DNA of 64,000 nucleotides from Amphiscolops sp. MND2022 (Eukaryota): assembly GCA_964187785.1 (NCBI GenBank), contig OZ076421.1:42966001-43030000 (forward strand), written 5' to 3'. Shown piece after piece: positions 1 through 13,374 of the stretch; positions within the stretch are counted from its first letter, which is position 1; each line of letters begins with the position of its first letter. A program made the translations under genes and the position numbers. The notes under the pieces were generated by a model, which saw only the letters and a list, made by a program, of their open reading frames with translations, was not told the origin of the DNA and made no database searches.

Positions 1-2050
1 ACAGTCTTTTAAGTCTTCCTGTCTTTGGAAGTTTTGTTTACACGCTCTAATGGTCACTAATTGTTTTGATTGTTTCTAATAGAATGTCATTCTGTGACAT
101 CATCAGATCAATACAAGTTTTCGACTTGTGTGTGATGGCTATTCGTTTTAATCTATCCCTTTGAGATAATGAGGCTCGGTAAAAAGCAATGGCTTCCACC
201 ACATAACCAGAGTTTTCTTTGAAAGACCGAATTTTGTATGATTTACTCTATTCTGGAGATTTTATGTGTCTGTGATCTCTGTTGTAATGGTCTAACGCCA
301 GAAAAGGCATTCATGTTGCGCGAAAGTGAAAACACGTATCTCTGCTACCAGTTCCAGAACATGACAATTTTTCATCTTCAAATGTTCTGCACAAGATACG
401 TTCTGACACTCAGGGATTGAATCCGGTCGTGATTTCTTTATGACCAGGGATAGGATTTCCTATCTGGGAGGTTTTCTGCTTTTCTCTCTATTCCTGGGTG
501 TCCTGCCAGGAGCCCTGGTTGATGGCGAAGTTCTGCTAAGTACATAGTGGTGGTAGAAAGCGAATGTAAAAGAAAACGTTTATTCAGCAGTTTTGATCAT
601 TTTACAGAGTGATACAAATGAATTACAAGAGGTTTCGCTGACAATGTTATATTATCGACAATGAATAAATTGAAATGACAGACTTTTGAGGCTTTTTGTA
701 CTGTTATGAATATGGAAAAATGACTTTTCGGGATGAAAATAACGTCTTTTCTTGAGACTCTTTTTCGCGCTTATGCCCTAGACAGAAGGTCTTCCTACTG
801 TTCGAAAGTACCAGTCAACCAAACCTAATCTGTCCCGAACCTTCCTGGTTTTCAGGGAAAACTTTCCCTCTTTTTTGTGTACTGAGACTGTAAACCTTTG
901 TGACATTAACATTTAGACATAGACCTTTGAGAAGTTGAAATGAAAGGTTCGAACCGAACTGTCAAAGTTTGAAGGTCAATAACATTCGCAAAAAGAACAA
1001 GTGCAAGCATTCAGTTCATTTTTCGTAGCAGACAGCTTTGCGCTCACTTGTCAAGACTTTGTTGTTTCAAACGTGTTAGCAACATCTTTCGATTGTTATT
1101 TGATGTTACGTAATCGAAACAGCTTTAAAACGATGGCAGAACAACGTTGCCACAACGGCTGAATTCTTCTGCGAATATCGATGTTAGTCAAATTAAGATA
1201 ACTTATTCCGAACACTCTCCAACAATTAACAAACAGAAAATGCTATTCTAACCTGGAAAATAGAATCTAAAATTAATACTTTTTTCTCAATTAAAAAAAA
1301 ACGAAACATTCGTATATATTTGGGCCTATGAGGAATTGAGAAACTCGTGAGTCTGTACCCAAGGATTTTGGGTAATGGCTGCAATCAACATGATTGAAAA
1401 GGTGCTACCTTTGCTCCAAGTCAGAGTTGTACATTTTAACAAGCTGGGAACGGCCAAAGTCGGCGCTATATCTAAGGCTCAAAAAGCGCGAAGCTTTGAA
1501 ATTTGTAAAAAGGTGGACCTTTTGGGCTTTTAGAAACTCCAGTTTGTTGCAAAGTATGAAAAGGGATCCCTTTGAAGACCTTAAAATTTTTTCCAGTAAA
1601 TGAAAAAAATGAGTGCCGAAGAACAGGGGGCCTTTAGCATCTATTCTCTTGCAAAATATTGAAACAAATGAACGGTGTACCCTTTGGTGCAATCCAAAAT
1701 TGTCGTTTTTTTTTTAAGCTGCGGGAAGTTGTTCTGGTCGAATCTTTTCGTTAAGATGTTAAACGATTCAATGGCTAACCTTACCAACAAAGCCTCCTAA
1801 ATCTGGAATTCTGATCAAATCTCAGGACGAAGCAACCAAAAGCTCAAGAAAGTGAAAATTCTTCGAAAAGTATTTGGGAAAACAAAAATGCATACGAATG
1901 AATTCAACACACACTGAAATTGAAACACAAATGTTCCAAATTGAGGCACAAAAACTATGTTTGAAAGTTATCGATAGTTATGCAGAGACAATCATGATGT
2001 GAATAGTAGCAAGGATGAATGAAGAGCGAGATGTCCGCTAATCTCACAAA

Positions 2051-2560
2051 TCAAAGATCAAGTTTGTTGCCAACGCGATGAGTCGGCAAAGATACAACTT
2101 GTTTGAAACCAATTTCTCCTAGGAAGCATTCAGGGCGTGTTGAGTCAGGGGAGTTGAAATCGCCTGTGATAATTGGAGTCTCGGGAGTAATGAATGCATT
2201 TTCCAAGGTTTTCCAAGAAAAGCGAAAGGGTGCAGGCGTGGTAACGATACACTCCAATCACTGAGAGACCTTCATCGTCTAAACGTATTTTTATCATTGA
2301 GTCATGGATTTTGATTGCGCAAGTGGTCTCTGTTGAAAAAACACTCAAGCCCCGGCCTCTGCCTTCTTTCAAATGTCGGCTTTTAACAAACTTCGGATGG
2401 AAGAGGGGATCTGGATAGCTCGTTTCGAGCCATGTTTCAGACTGAAACAGAATGTCGCAAGAATTGATTAGATGATCGGCCTTGAGATCTTCCATATTCG
2501 CATTCAAGGATTGGATATTTAGGCTACAAATGGTGAGTTTACTGGAGTTCATGAAAAGAC
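2051..2560 (-). pseudogene. Apurinic/apyrimidinic (APE/EEP) endonuclease domain at the RepHel C-terminus
   Basis: LTICSLNIQSL, DILFQSETWL, GRGRGLSVF, IITGDFN and PTHRVGNKLDL are the ordered APE motifs. A C-terminal APE domain defines Helentrons. Confidence 0.9.
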
Positions 2561-5500
2561 TTGCTGTCAACGTAGGTGATCTCTCAGACAGCTCAAGAAA
2601 GTCAGACACAACTTTAGCCTCCTCGCTACTGTTTGATCAGAGAGATACCAACGTCCTCATCATCGAATTTAACTAAGACACAATTAATTTGAGAAGAATC
2701 AGGGGAGATAATACCGACGATTGAACGCAGCTGTCCGTTGGTTGAGGAATCTTTGACATCTACATTATAGATCAACATTACTCGGGCTCCCACTTTCAAA
2801 GTGATCAAGTCACTGAAAGCAGTGTCATCAATTTCCCTTGCTTGATTTTGGGTCGGCAACCCACCGGCGAGTTGATAAGACTTTGAAGAAAACACTTGTC
2901 CAGGTAAACTATTCAAGTTCTCCTCGTTGTATCTGTCTACTTCAGCGTTTGTATAGAAAATGCGAGTGGCGCCAATAGGTAGGCTGTGGTCGTTTTTGAG
3001 AACTTGTAAAGATGATAAAATGGTAAGGTCATCTGCGGTCAGAGAAGCAGTTCTAACACGCTTGAGGGTTTCTACCTACTTCAAATCATCTTCTTGCCTA
3101 AAAATAAAAGATCAACACTAAGTAAAATGAATTTTATTAACAGAAAGAAACGATTGAAACTGACCCATGATTAGCGTGGAGGACAACGGAGCGAAAATCC
3201 ATCCAGAGATGGCAGAAATCATAGTAATCGGAATACTTTTGGGCACGAGGTCGTTGGAATATGAAGCGACCACGAACGGGCTTAAGTTGTAAGAGATCAC
3301 CAAAAAGGAGGACAACAACACCACCAAAAATGCGATCAGTCTGCTTTACTTGTTGGAGCATTTCGTGGAGCTGGTAGAATAAGTCGGAGCTCACCATACT
3401 CATTTCATCAATTACCAGTAAGACGAGTTCTTCGAGTTTGTTTCTAATACTGTCGAGTAAACTATCGGCGAGATTGATGAGTTCATCCCCGAAATTGAGC
3501 TTTCAAGGATTGGATATTTAGGCTACAAATGGTGAGTTTACTGGAGTTCATGAAAAGACTTGCTGTCAACGTAGGTGATCTCTCAGACAGCTCAAGAAAG
3601 TCAGACACAACTTTAGCCTCCTCGCTACTGTTTGATCAGAGAGATACCAACGTGCTCATCATCGAATTTAACTAAGACACAATTAATTTGAGAAGAATCA
3701 GGGGAGATAATACCGACGATTGGACGCAGCTGTCCGTTGGTTAGGGAATCTTTGACATCTACATTATAGATCAACATTACTCGGGCTCCCACTTTCAAAG
3801 TGATCAAGTCACTGAAAGCAGTGTCATCAATTTCCCTTGCATAATTTTGGGTCGGCAACCCACCTGCGAGTTGATAAGACTGAAGAAAACACTTGTCCAT
3901 GTAAACTATTCAATTTCTCCTCGTATCTGTCTACTTCAGCGTTTGTATAGAAAATGCGAGTGGCGCCAATAGGTAGGCTGGGATCGTTTTCGAGAACTTG
4001 TAAAGATGATAAAATGGTAAGGTCATCTGCGGTCAGAGAAGCAGTTCTAACACGCTTGAGGGTTTCTACCCACTTCAAATCATCTTCTTACCTAAAAATA
4101 AAAGATCAACACTAAGTAAAATGAATTTTATTAACAGAAAGAAACGATTGAAACTGACCGATGATTAGCGTGGAGGACAACGGAGCGAAAATTCATCCAG
4201 AGATTGCAGAAATCATAGTAATCGGAATACTTTTGGGCACGAGGTCGTTGGAATATGAAGCGACCACGAACGGGCTTAAGTTGTAAGAGATCACCAAAAA
4301 GGAGGACAACAACACCACCAAAAATGCGATCAGTCTGCTTTACTTGTTGGAGCATTTCGTGGAGCTGGTAGAATAAGTCGGAGCTCACCATACTCATTTC
4401 ATCAATTACCAGTAAGACGAGTTCTTCGAGTTTGTTTCTAATACTGTCGAGTGAACTATCGGCGAGATTGATGAGTTCATCCCCGAAATTGAGCTTTCAA
4501 GGATTGGATATTTAGGCTACAAATGGTGAGTTTACTGGAGTTCATGAAAAGACTTGCTGTCAACGTAGGTGATCTCTCAGACAGCTCAAGAAAGTCAGAC
4601 ACAACTTTAGCCTCCTCGCTACTGTTTGATCAGAGAGATACCAACGTGCTCATCATCGAATTTAACTAAGACACAATTAATTTGAGAAGAATCAGGGGAG
4701 ATAATACCGACGATTGGACGCAGCTGTCCGTTGGTTAGGGAATCTTTGACATCTACATTATAGATCAACATTACTCGGGCTCCCACTTTCAAAGTGATCA
4801 AGTCACTGAAAGCAGTGTCATCAATTTCCCTTGCATAATTTTGGGTCGGCAACCCACCGGCGAGTTGATAAGACTGAAGAAAACACTTGTCCATGTAAAC
4901 TATTCAATTTCTCCTCGTATCTGTCTACTTCAGCGTTTGTATAGAAAATGCGAGTGGCGCCAATAGGTAGGCTGGGGTCGTTTTCGAGAACTTGTAAAGA
5001 TGATAAAATGGTAAGGTCATCTGCGGTCAGAGAAGCAGTTCTAACACGCTTGAGGGTTTCTACCCACTTCAAATCATCTTCTTACCTAAAAATAAAAGAT
5101 CAACACTAAGTAAAATGAATTTTATTAACAGAAAGAAACGATTGAAACTGACCGATGATTAGCGTGGAGGACAACGGAGCGAAAATTCATCCAGAGATTG
5201 CAGAAATCATAGTAATCGGAATACTTTTGGGCACGAGGTCGTTGGAATATGAAGCGACCACGAACGGGCTTAAGTTGTAAGAGATCACCAAAAAGGAGGA
5301 CAACAACACCACCAAAAATGCGATCAGTCTGCTTTACTTGTTGGAGCATTTCGTGGAGCTGGTAGAATAAGTCGGAGCTCACCATACTCATTTCATCAAT
5401 TACCAGTAAGACGAGTTCTTCGAGTTTGTTTCTAATACTGTCGAGTGAACTATCGGCGAGATTGATGAGTTCATCCCCGAAATTGAGCTTTCAAGGATTG

Positions 5501-8468
5501 GATATTTAGGCTACAAATGGTGAGTTTACTGGAGTTCATGAAAAGACTTGCTGTCAACGTAGGTGATCTCTCAGACAGCTCAAGAAAGTCAGACACAACT
5601 TTAACCTCCTCGCTACTGTTTGATCAGAGAGATACCAACGTGCTCATCATCGAATTTAACTAAGACACAATTAATTTGAGAAGAATCAGGGGAGATAATA
5701 CCGACGATTGGACGCAGCTGTCCGTTGGTTAGGGAATCTTTGACATCTACATTATAGATCAACATTACTCGGGCTCCCACTTTCAAAGTGATCAAGTCAC
5801 TGAAAGCAGTGTCATCAATTTCCCTTGCATAATTTTGGGTCGGCAACCCACCTGCGAGTTGATAAGACTGAAGAAAACACTTGTCCATGTAAACTATTCA
5901 ATTTCTCCTCGTATCTGTCTACTTCAGCGTTTGTATAGAAAATGCGGGTGGCGCCAATAGGTAGGCTGGGATCGTTTTCGAGAACTTGTAAAGATGATAA
6001 AATGGTAAGGTCATCTGCGGTCAGAGAAGCAGTTCTAACACGCTTGAGGGTTTCTACCCACTTCAAATCATCTTCTTACCTAAAAATAAAAGATCAACAC
6101 TAAGTAAAATGAATTTTATTAACAGAAAGAAACGATTGAAACTGACCGATGATTAGCGTGGAGGACAACGGAGCGAAAATTCATCCAGAGATTGCAGAAA
6201 TCATAGTAATCGGAATACTTTTGGGCACGAGGTCGTTGGAATATGAAGCGACCACGAACGGGCTTAAGTTGTAAGAGATCACCAAAAAGGAGGACAACAA
6301 CACCACCAAAAATGCGATCAGTCTGCTTTACTTGTTGGAGCATTTCGTGGAGCTGGTAGAATAAGTCGGAGCTCACCATACTCATTTCATCAATTACCAG
6401 TAAGACGAGTTCTTCGAGTTTGTTTCTAATACTGTCGAGTGAACTATCGGCGAGATTGATGAGTTCATCCCCGAAATTGAGCTTTCAAGGATTGGATATT
6501 TAGGCTACAAATGGTGAGTTTACTGGAGTTCATGAAAAGACTTGCTGTCAACGTAGGTGATCTCTCAGACAGCTCAAGAAAGTCAGACACAACTTTAGCC
6601 TCCTCGCTACTGTTTGATCAGAGAGATACCAACGTGCTCATCATCGAATTTAACTAAGACACAATTAATTTGAGAAGAATCAGGGGAGATAATACCGACG
6701 ATTGGACGCAGCTGTCCGTTGGTTAGGGAATCTTTGACATCTACATTATAGATCAACATTACTCGGGCTCCCACTTTCAAAGTGATCAAGTCACTGAAAG
6801 CAGTGTCATCAATTTCCCTTGCATAATTTTGGGTCGGCAACCCACCGGCGAGTTGATAAGACTGAAGAAAACACTTGTCCATGTAAACTATTCAATTTCT
6901 CCTCGTATCTGTCTACTTCAGCGTTTGTATAGAAAATGCGAGTGGCGCCAATAGGTAGGCTGGGGTCGTTTTCGAGAACTTGTAAAGATGATAAAATGGT
7001 AAGGTCATCTGCGGTCAGAGAAGCAGTTCTAACACGCTTGAGGGTTTCTACCCACTTCAAATCATCTTCTTACCTAAAAATAAAAGATCAACACTAAGTA
7101 AAATGAATTTTATTAACAGAAAGAAACGATTGAAACTGACCGATGATTAGCGTGGAGGACAACGGAGCGAAAATTCATCCAGAGATTGCAGAAATCATAG
7201 TAATCGGAATACTTTTGGGCACGAGGTCGTTGGAATATGAAGCGACCACGAACGGGCTTAAGTTGTAAGAGATCACCAAAAAGGAGGACAACAACACCAC
7301 CAAAAATGCGATCAGTCTGCTTTACTTGTTGGAGCATTTCGTGGAGCTGGTAGAATAAGTCGGAGCTCACCATACTCATTTCATCAATTACCAGTAAGAC
7401 GAGTTCTTCGAGTTTGTTTCTAATACTGTCGAGTGAACTATCGGCGAGATTGATGAGTTCATCCCCGAAATTGAGCTTTCAAGGATTGGATATTTAGGCT
7501 ACAAATGGTGAGTTTACTGGAGTTCATGAAAAGACTTGCTGTCAACGTAGGTGATCTCTCAGACAGCTCAAGAAAGTCAGACACAACTTTAACCTCCTCG
7601 CTACTGTTTGATCAGAGAGATACCAACGTGCTCATCATCGAATTTAACTAAGACACAATTAATTTGAGAAGAATCAGGGGAGATAATACCGACGATTGGA
7701 CGCAGCTGTCCGTTGGTTAGGGAATCTTTGACATCTACATTATAGATCAACATTACTCGGGCTCCCACTTTCAAAGTGATCAAGTCACTGAAAGCAGTGT
7801 CATCAATTTCCCTTGCATAATTTTGGGTCGGCAACCCACCGGCGAGTTGATAAGACTGAAGAAAACACTTGTCCAGGTAAACTATTCAATTTTTCCTCGT
7901 TGTATCTGTCTACTTCAGCGTTTGTAAAGAAAATGCGAGTGGCGCCAATAGGTAGGCTGGGGTCTTTTTCGAGAACTTGTAAAGATGATAAAATGGTAAG
8001 GTCATCTGCGGTCAGAGAAGCAGTTCTAACACGCTTGAGGGTTTCTACCCACTTCAAATCATCTTGCCTAAAAATAAAAGATCAACACTCAGTAAAATGA
8101 ATTTTATTAACATAAAGAAACGATTGAAACTAACCGATGATTAGCGTGGAGGACAACGGAGCGAAAATTCATCCAGAGATTGCAGAAATCATAGTAATCG
8201 GAATACTTTTGGGCACGAGGTCGTTGGAATATGAAGCGACCACGAACGGGCTTAAGTTGTAAGAGATCACCAAAAAGAAGGACAACAACACCAAAAATGC
8301 GATCAGTCTGCTTTACTTGTTGGAGCCTTCCGTGGAGCTGGTAGAATAAGTCGGAGCGCACCATACTCATTTCATCAATTACCAGTAAGACGAGTTCTTA
8401 GAGTTTGTTTCTAATACTGTCGAGTGAACTATCGGCGAGATTGATGAGTTCATCCACGAAATTGAGCT
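2503..8468. repeat. Six-copy direct tandem array, unit ~994 bp
   Basis: Unit starts (ttcaaggattgg) at 2503, 3502, 4496, 5490, 6484 and 7478. The inner four copies are nearly identical. Confidence 0.97.
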
Positions 8469-8680
8469 GGAACGTTGAGTGTAACGCATTGCCATTCACA
8501 AGCGAAGCGGCCATTTCTGTCGGAGCTACAACCAATGCTTTTGGTTTGTCAAGTTCTGAACCACCGGAAGCAAATATAGACGATACGTAATTCATACTTG
8601 AGTTTGAGTTTTGTTTTCCCAGTACCCGCTTCGGACGATAATGAGTGGAGACGTTGGATTGCTACCACGTAGGAACTGGT
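2626..8680 (-). pseudogene. Pif1-family helicase domain of RepHel (internally amplified; C-terminal motifs missing)
   Basis: Frameshifted Walker A (EAGTGKT near 8620), VVAPTEMAASLV, ALHSTF, VIDEMSMV, FGGVVVLLFGDLLQLKPV, LKVGARVMLIYNVDVKDSLTNG. No QFPL/TIHK/SR motifs appear before the APE domain. Confidence 0.9.
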
Positions 8681-9589
8681 GGGCAAAATTTGCCACCACA
8701 TCAAAAACTTTGCGTTGCTCTTCATGCAATGATCGGACAGACTGTCTAATTTCTGTTGGTAGCAAAATCTTTATTGTCGGGATGTTACTGCCTATGACAG
8801 GAAAATCGTCAGTCGAGAAAAGACCGGGGTGTCTGTGGGTAAATTCCGGATTCTGCAGCTCATCCAAGTCTTCGTCGTTCATTTGCTCACCTTCGGGATC
8901 TAAGCAGTCACCAATATGAACAGCCCGGTAGCCAGATGGCTCAATAGATGCGAGGCACTCTTCAATCAAGTCATTTTGTTGAGTAAAAGGAAAAATTTTT
9001 AGCGCTTGTTCTGATTGATTAGCTCTCTCTTGTCGTGGTATAACTTGATCGAGTCTTCTGGAGAATGCCGATGGAGTTCATCTTGGAAGGTACAACAGAC
9101 ATTCGGGGTAAATGAATTCATGGTTCTCAGTTTTTCTTTTGGAATCATGTAAGCTCAGAACACAGGGCCTCTTCCTCAAACGCATTACACCGGCATTATC
9201 TTTTAATTTTACAAAAAGGGGCAATTCGGCAGCATTTCGCAGGAACTCGCTATCGGATAGATCTTCATCTTGCGGGTTAGAAGTATAGTTGGTCACAAAT
9301 TCTGCTGAACAGATATTATCAAGCGCGGCTGGTCGTTTGCCATACTTTTCATGAATGGTTGGTGTCCACAAGTACGCTCCTTCTCGGCCCTCAATTTGAA
9401 CAGTATCTTTAAGACGGTCTTCATCGGTCCACTTCAGAAATTGATACCTGTTTCCAGGAATTCCAGTTGTTACAAAAACTGTAGTTATGTTGGAATCTTT
9501 CAAATGCATATTCTTCAGCAGTCCGTAGGTTGCTCCACAAGCTCCAATTTGCCTGTGTTTAAGATAAACGCTTTTCTAAACTCTCACCA

Positions 9590-10690
9590 TTCCATGCACC
9601 GATTTTTGTTGGTCCGTTTGTTGTTTGATAGTTTGCTTGAGGACGTCGGTGATGCCGGTTTCATCCTTCGAGTAATAGCCACAAATGTAAGTGACAACAG
9701 CATAGGAATCGCAACAAAATTGCAGGTCCATATTTCCATTCCATGCAAGCATCCACTTCCGATTGTAGTTGTTGATGTACAACTCATTTAAATTACGTTT
9801 CAGGATGACAATTTTTCCCCTGGTGGATTTGGAGAGCGCGGAATGATAGGCGTCACGAGAGACGTCGAGCTTTTGATAGAACTCTTGGAAAGTTGTGGGT
9901 GGGCTGGTACTCTCTAGCAGAATTTTCGCTTTGTGGAGAAAATGGCGACATTGTTCAACTGACTTTTTATCTTCCGATTCAGGCTGCTGAGCTATTAAAG
10001 TTAATTCTGAAGGGAACTTCGGAAAACCAAAACGGCTAGAGGAGGATTTTTTCATTCAAGATTTCGTATGATGATGGGTCTGTTTTTGACGCAAAGGATC
10101 GTCCTCAGACGGTAACTCGCAGGTGATGAAATTGTCATTCAAACAGGTTATCAACTCTGCTTCCGAAAGTAGGCTACTATTTTGCAGGAACTTTTCATCC
10201 AACCAAAAGAAGCCGTGAATGTGGGCCATTCCTCGTAACTGCATATCAACTCGGTAAGTATAAAACAACACCGGTACGCGCAACCCTCGTATTTTGACAT
10301 TACGATTTTCTGGATAAAAGTCTTTTGTTGAAAATCCTCGAGACATGTACAACGAATTGACGGAGGAAGCTGGCTCTTTCTACAGGTTTGGATTGAAGGA
10401 AAATTTCCAAGGGTTGACCGTCAACGAAAACTTCGTAATCTACGCCATGCTTGTTAAAAGTTGTTTCAAGACTGATGGTATCCCCTTGTGACTTCAAAAT
10501 TGTCACAAAAACTTCGGGCCATCTCATTTCAGCACACGACAGGGTGAAGAAGTACTGGAACGGACCTAGTTGTTTCACTTTCGCGAGCAACTCATTCCGA
10601 GCAACTCTCCAGTACTGGCTGGTGCCACGAATACGTTGGAACACAGTTTGTATATCTTCTTGACTAACTTCGATGGTATCGTTATCCAAT
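9590..10690 (-). pseudogene. HUH/Y2 rolling-circle replication initiator (Rep) domain
   Basis: FFTLSCAEMRWPE, YRVDMQLRGMAHIHGFFW (HUH), QTHHHTKS, RFGFPKFP, INNYN...WNGNMDLQF...YICGYYSKDE (two-Tyr motif). Confidence 0.92.
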
Positions 10691-11819
10691 CGCTCGGTCT
10701 TTCCTTTGCGAAAAAAATGTCGCTTTGACGCTCGAGCTGTTCTCGTTCAACTCGCTGCTGAGCAGCAAACAAATAAGCGCTGTTTTCTGCGAAGCGACTG
10801 TTTTTCTTTGGTTATACGTTGACTAAAGTATTGCTCGAAACTGATTTTGACCACCCTTGTATCAGTTAATGTAAATTTGCCGGACGGAAAAAACAAGGGA
10901 ATGATTTTGCTTCAAAGTCCACATTGGATAACCAGTTGCTGTTGGTCTGATGTTTTTTATCTCCTGGAGCGGCAATAATAGTTTCTGAAAGTACTTTGCG
11001 AACAACTCCATAATTCGAAATGACATGAGCAGCAGCATTATGAGGAATGAGACAAGTATCCAAACAATCATCTTTATCAACCTGAACTGCTTCTTGATCA
11101 TCATTTTCTGTTTCTGTCTGCTCCCCAACGTTAGTAAGAGCAGCTTCATCGAAAGTGAAATTTTGATTTGAAACAACATCACGGTAAAAAGGATTCCCTA
11201 TTAACTGCAGATAGGTTAACGCCCTGAGTAACACGTGCGGTCTAACAAGCGCTTCAGAGTGGATATTCTTGAAATCTTTGGGGCGTTTGAATTGTACGTT
11301 GACGAGAAGGGAATCATCCAAAGATCGTGGTAGTACCTGCGCTGTTGTTTGATGATCAATACTAGTGAGGGGTACGTTTATCACCTTGTCCTTCAGCGCA
11401 GGCATGCGTGATTTCGGAAGCTTGAAAATTTTCATCAACAACAGATCTTTGGCTATCAATTGCATTTCGAAGTCCGACAGGTTAGGTTCTTCATGATTTG
11501 GTTCAATGGTAAGACCATTCAGAGTAGACAAGCTCGGCTTTTCGCCCTTTCGCAGACATCGATAACAGTAGTGACACATCACTTTTGAGCCGGTAAGGTT
11601 TTCTGCACTGATGCTTCTCGCAACAACGGTGTCATCAAGTTTAGAAAAAGTGTTTTCCGACAATTGTATAACACCATTCTCGAAGTGAAGTCGTTCACAG
11701 CAAATAAATTCGAATGTTAAACCCAGGCACATTCCACGGAATTCTTTCAAAAGTTCATCGAATTGTTTCAAAGACTTGCACAATCGATATTTCAGTTTGT
11801 TTGTTTGATTGTTTGAGCG

Positions 11820-12350
11820 AGTTTTGGTATTTCACGCGGAGAGGTTCCTTCAAACATTCACGGTATTTGATCTGCAAGGGTTCCTTCAAGGAAGTCTGGT
11901 ATTTTCTTCTAAGAGATCTCTTCAAACTGTCTTGGTACTTGCTTTTCAATGACTCTTTCAAACTCTCTTGGTATTTTCTTTTTAAGGACAGTTTGAACAC
12001 TTCTTGGTACTTCCTTTTCAAAGACTGTCGCAGACTTTCTTGGTACTTCCTTCTCAATGAGTGTTTCAGCTTTTCATCGTACTTCTCAATGATTGTTTCA
12101 AACTAGTTTCGTACTTAATTTTCAACGACTGCTTCAACTTTTCTTCGTACTTTCTTTTCAACGACGATTTCAGCTTTTCTTCGTACTTTCTTTTCAACGA
12201 CTGTTCCAACTTCGTACTTTCTTTTCAATGACTGTTTCGTCTTCGTACTTTTTTTCAATGACTCTTTCAACCTTTCTTGGTACTTTCTTTTCATTGACTT
12301 TCATTGTTTCTTGGTACTTTCTTTTCAATGACTGTTGCAAACTTTCCCGG
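11820..12350 (-). repeat. Coding 12-aa (36-bp) repeats SLKRKYQExLKx in the RepHel N-terminal part
   Basis: ORFs 11755-12057 and 12194-12382 show repeated KRKYQE units, i.e. a charged coiled-coil-like linker. Confidence 0.85.
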
Positions 12351-12899
12351 TCTTTCAATACCGAAGGCTCCTTTGCGATCAACCCAGCAGATGACTGAGT
12401 CTAATGTTGTTTGATTGTATCTTGCATGGTACTATTCAGACCGTTTTAATCGCCTCCTTTCAGCTAAAACTGTCTGATAAGAGGTCTTAAAAGAGCTTCG
12501 GGGAAAATGCTGAAAGCCGTAATGTGAGTTTGAAAGGTTGCTGAGCACTTCACACACGGTTTGTCAAGAAAAGTTTTGACATCAATGGCACATGCAGGTT
12601 GCAGAAAGGCACTTTCAGAGGACTCATCACATTTTCAGATCCCGAAATGTTTTCCCACAAGCTTTGCAAGAAAAGCACATTCAGAAGACTGCAGGTTTGG
12701 AGAAGCTTGACAATCTCCCAAACCTCCCAAACGTTGGATTGACGGTGACTTTTTTCCACAATTAAACTTTTCATATGTGCCTACAGGTTGCGAAAACGGC
12801 TGGCTTTCCCTGGCGTCTATGAGGGTAACAGCAGCATCTCTATGAACTAATGAATGTTTTGAAGAACGGTAGACAGAAGACTGGAAGCATTCTATATGT

Positions 12900-13374
12900 T
12901 GAATATTGGCTTTCCAAGGGAAATGCAGGTTACAGAAACGTAAGGAACTTGAACCGACTTCAGTTAATTGATAACAATCCAGAGTTTGAGATGACATCTC
13001 CATCACAAAGGCTTTGATTCCGTTGAACACTGCTGACTCGTATTGGTACTGGTATGACAATTAATAGCACTTAATATCACCGGTGTACCCCGGACATGCG
13101 TATGAAACCAGCCGAAAACAATTTTCCCCGAAAGTTGGGTGCATAAATAATGCATGAAAACTGCCGAATCCTGGTTATTGATGCCTTTGTCCTCGACGAA
13201 TACTTCACTACTAGATTGAGTTGGAAGGATGACATCTGTAATAGTGTAGTCATTGACACCATCTTTTACAGCGAGCAAAAAAGCGAGAGTTTCCACGAGC
13301 TCTCCTTGGTTATTGAAATTTGAAGTCTCAACATCGGTAAGAAAACGAAGGGCTTCTTTTGCCAAAACGATCAT
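12900..13374 (-). pseudogene. JAB1/MPN (JAMM) metalloprotease domain, AMSH/STAMBP-like, within the Helentron polyprotein
   Basis: VETLAFLL...YTITDVILPTQ...GWFHTH...LSAINCHT, then (after a 1-nt frameshift) YQY...CYQLTEVG. This parallels AMSH VETCGIL...FTITHVLIPKQ...GWIHTH...LSSVDLHT...FKLTDHG. The third Zn ligand is Asn (AAT) rather than Asp. Confidence 0.8.

Noticed and set aside
1-540. Protein-like minus-strand frame (…SYKIRSFKENSGYVVEAIAFYRAS…)
   Set aside because: Interrupted by stops and no recognisable family; cannot be annotated.
2503-8468. Cluster of separate small helicase genes (repeated 83-91 aa ORFs)
   Set aside because: They are frameshifted fragments of one tandemly amplified pseudogene segment.
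12900-13374. Intact host STAMBP/AMSH gene
   Set aside because: No MIT domain or exon structure, frameshifted, and embedded colinearly in transposon coding sequence.
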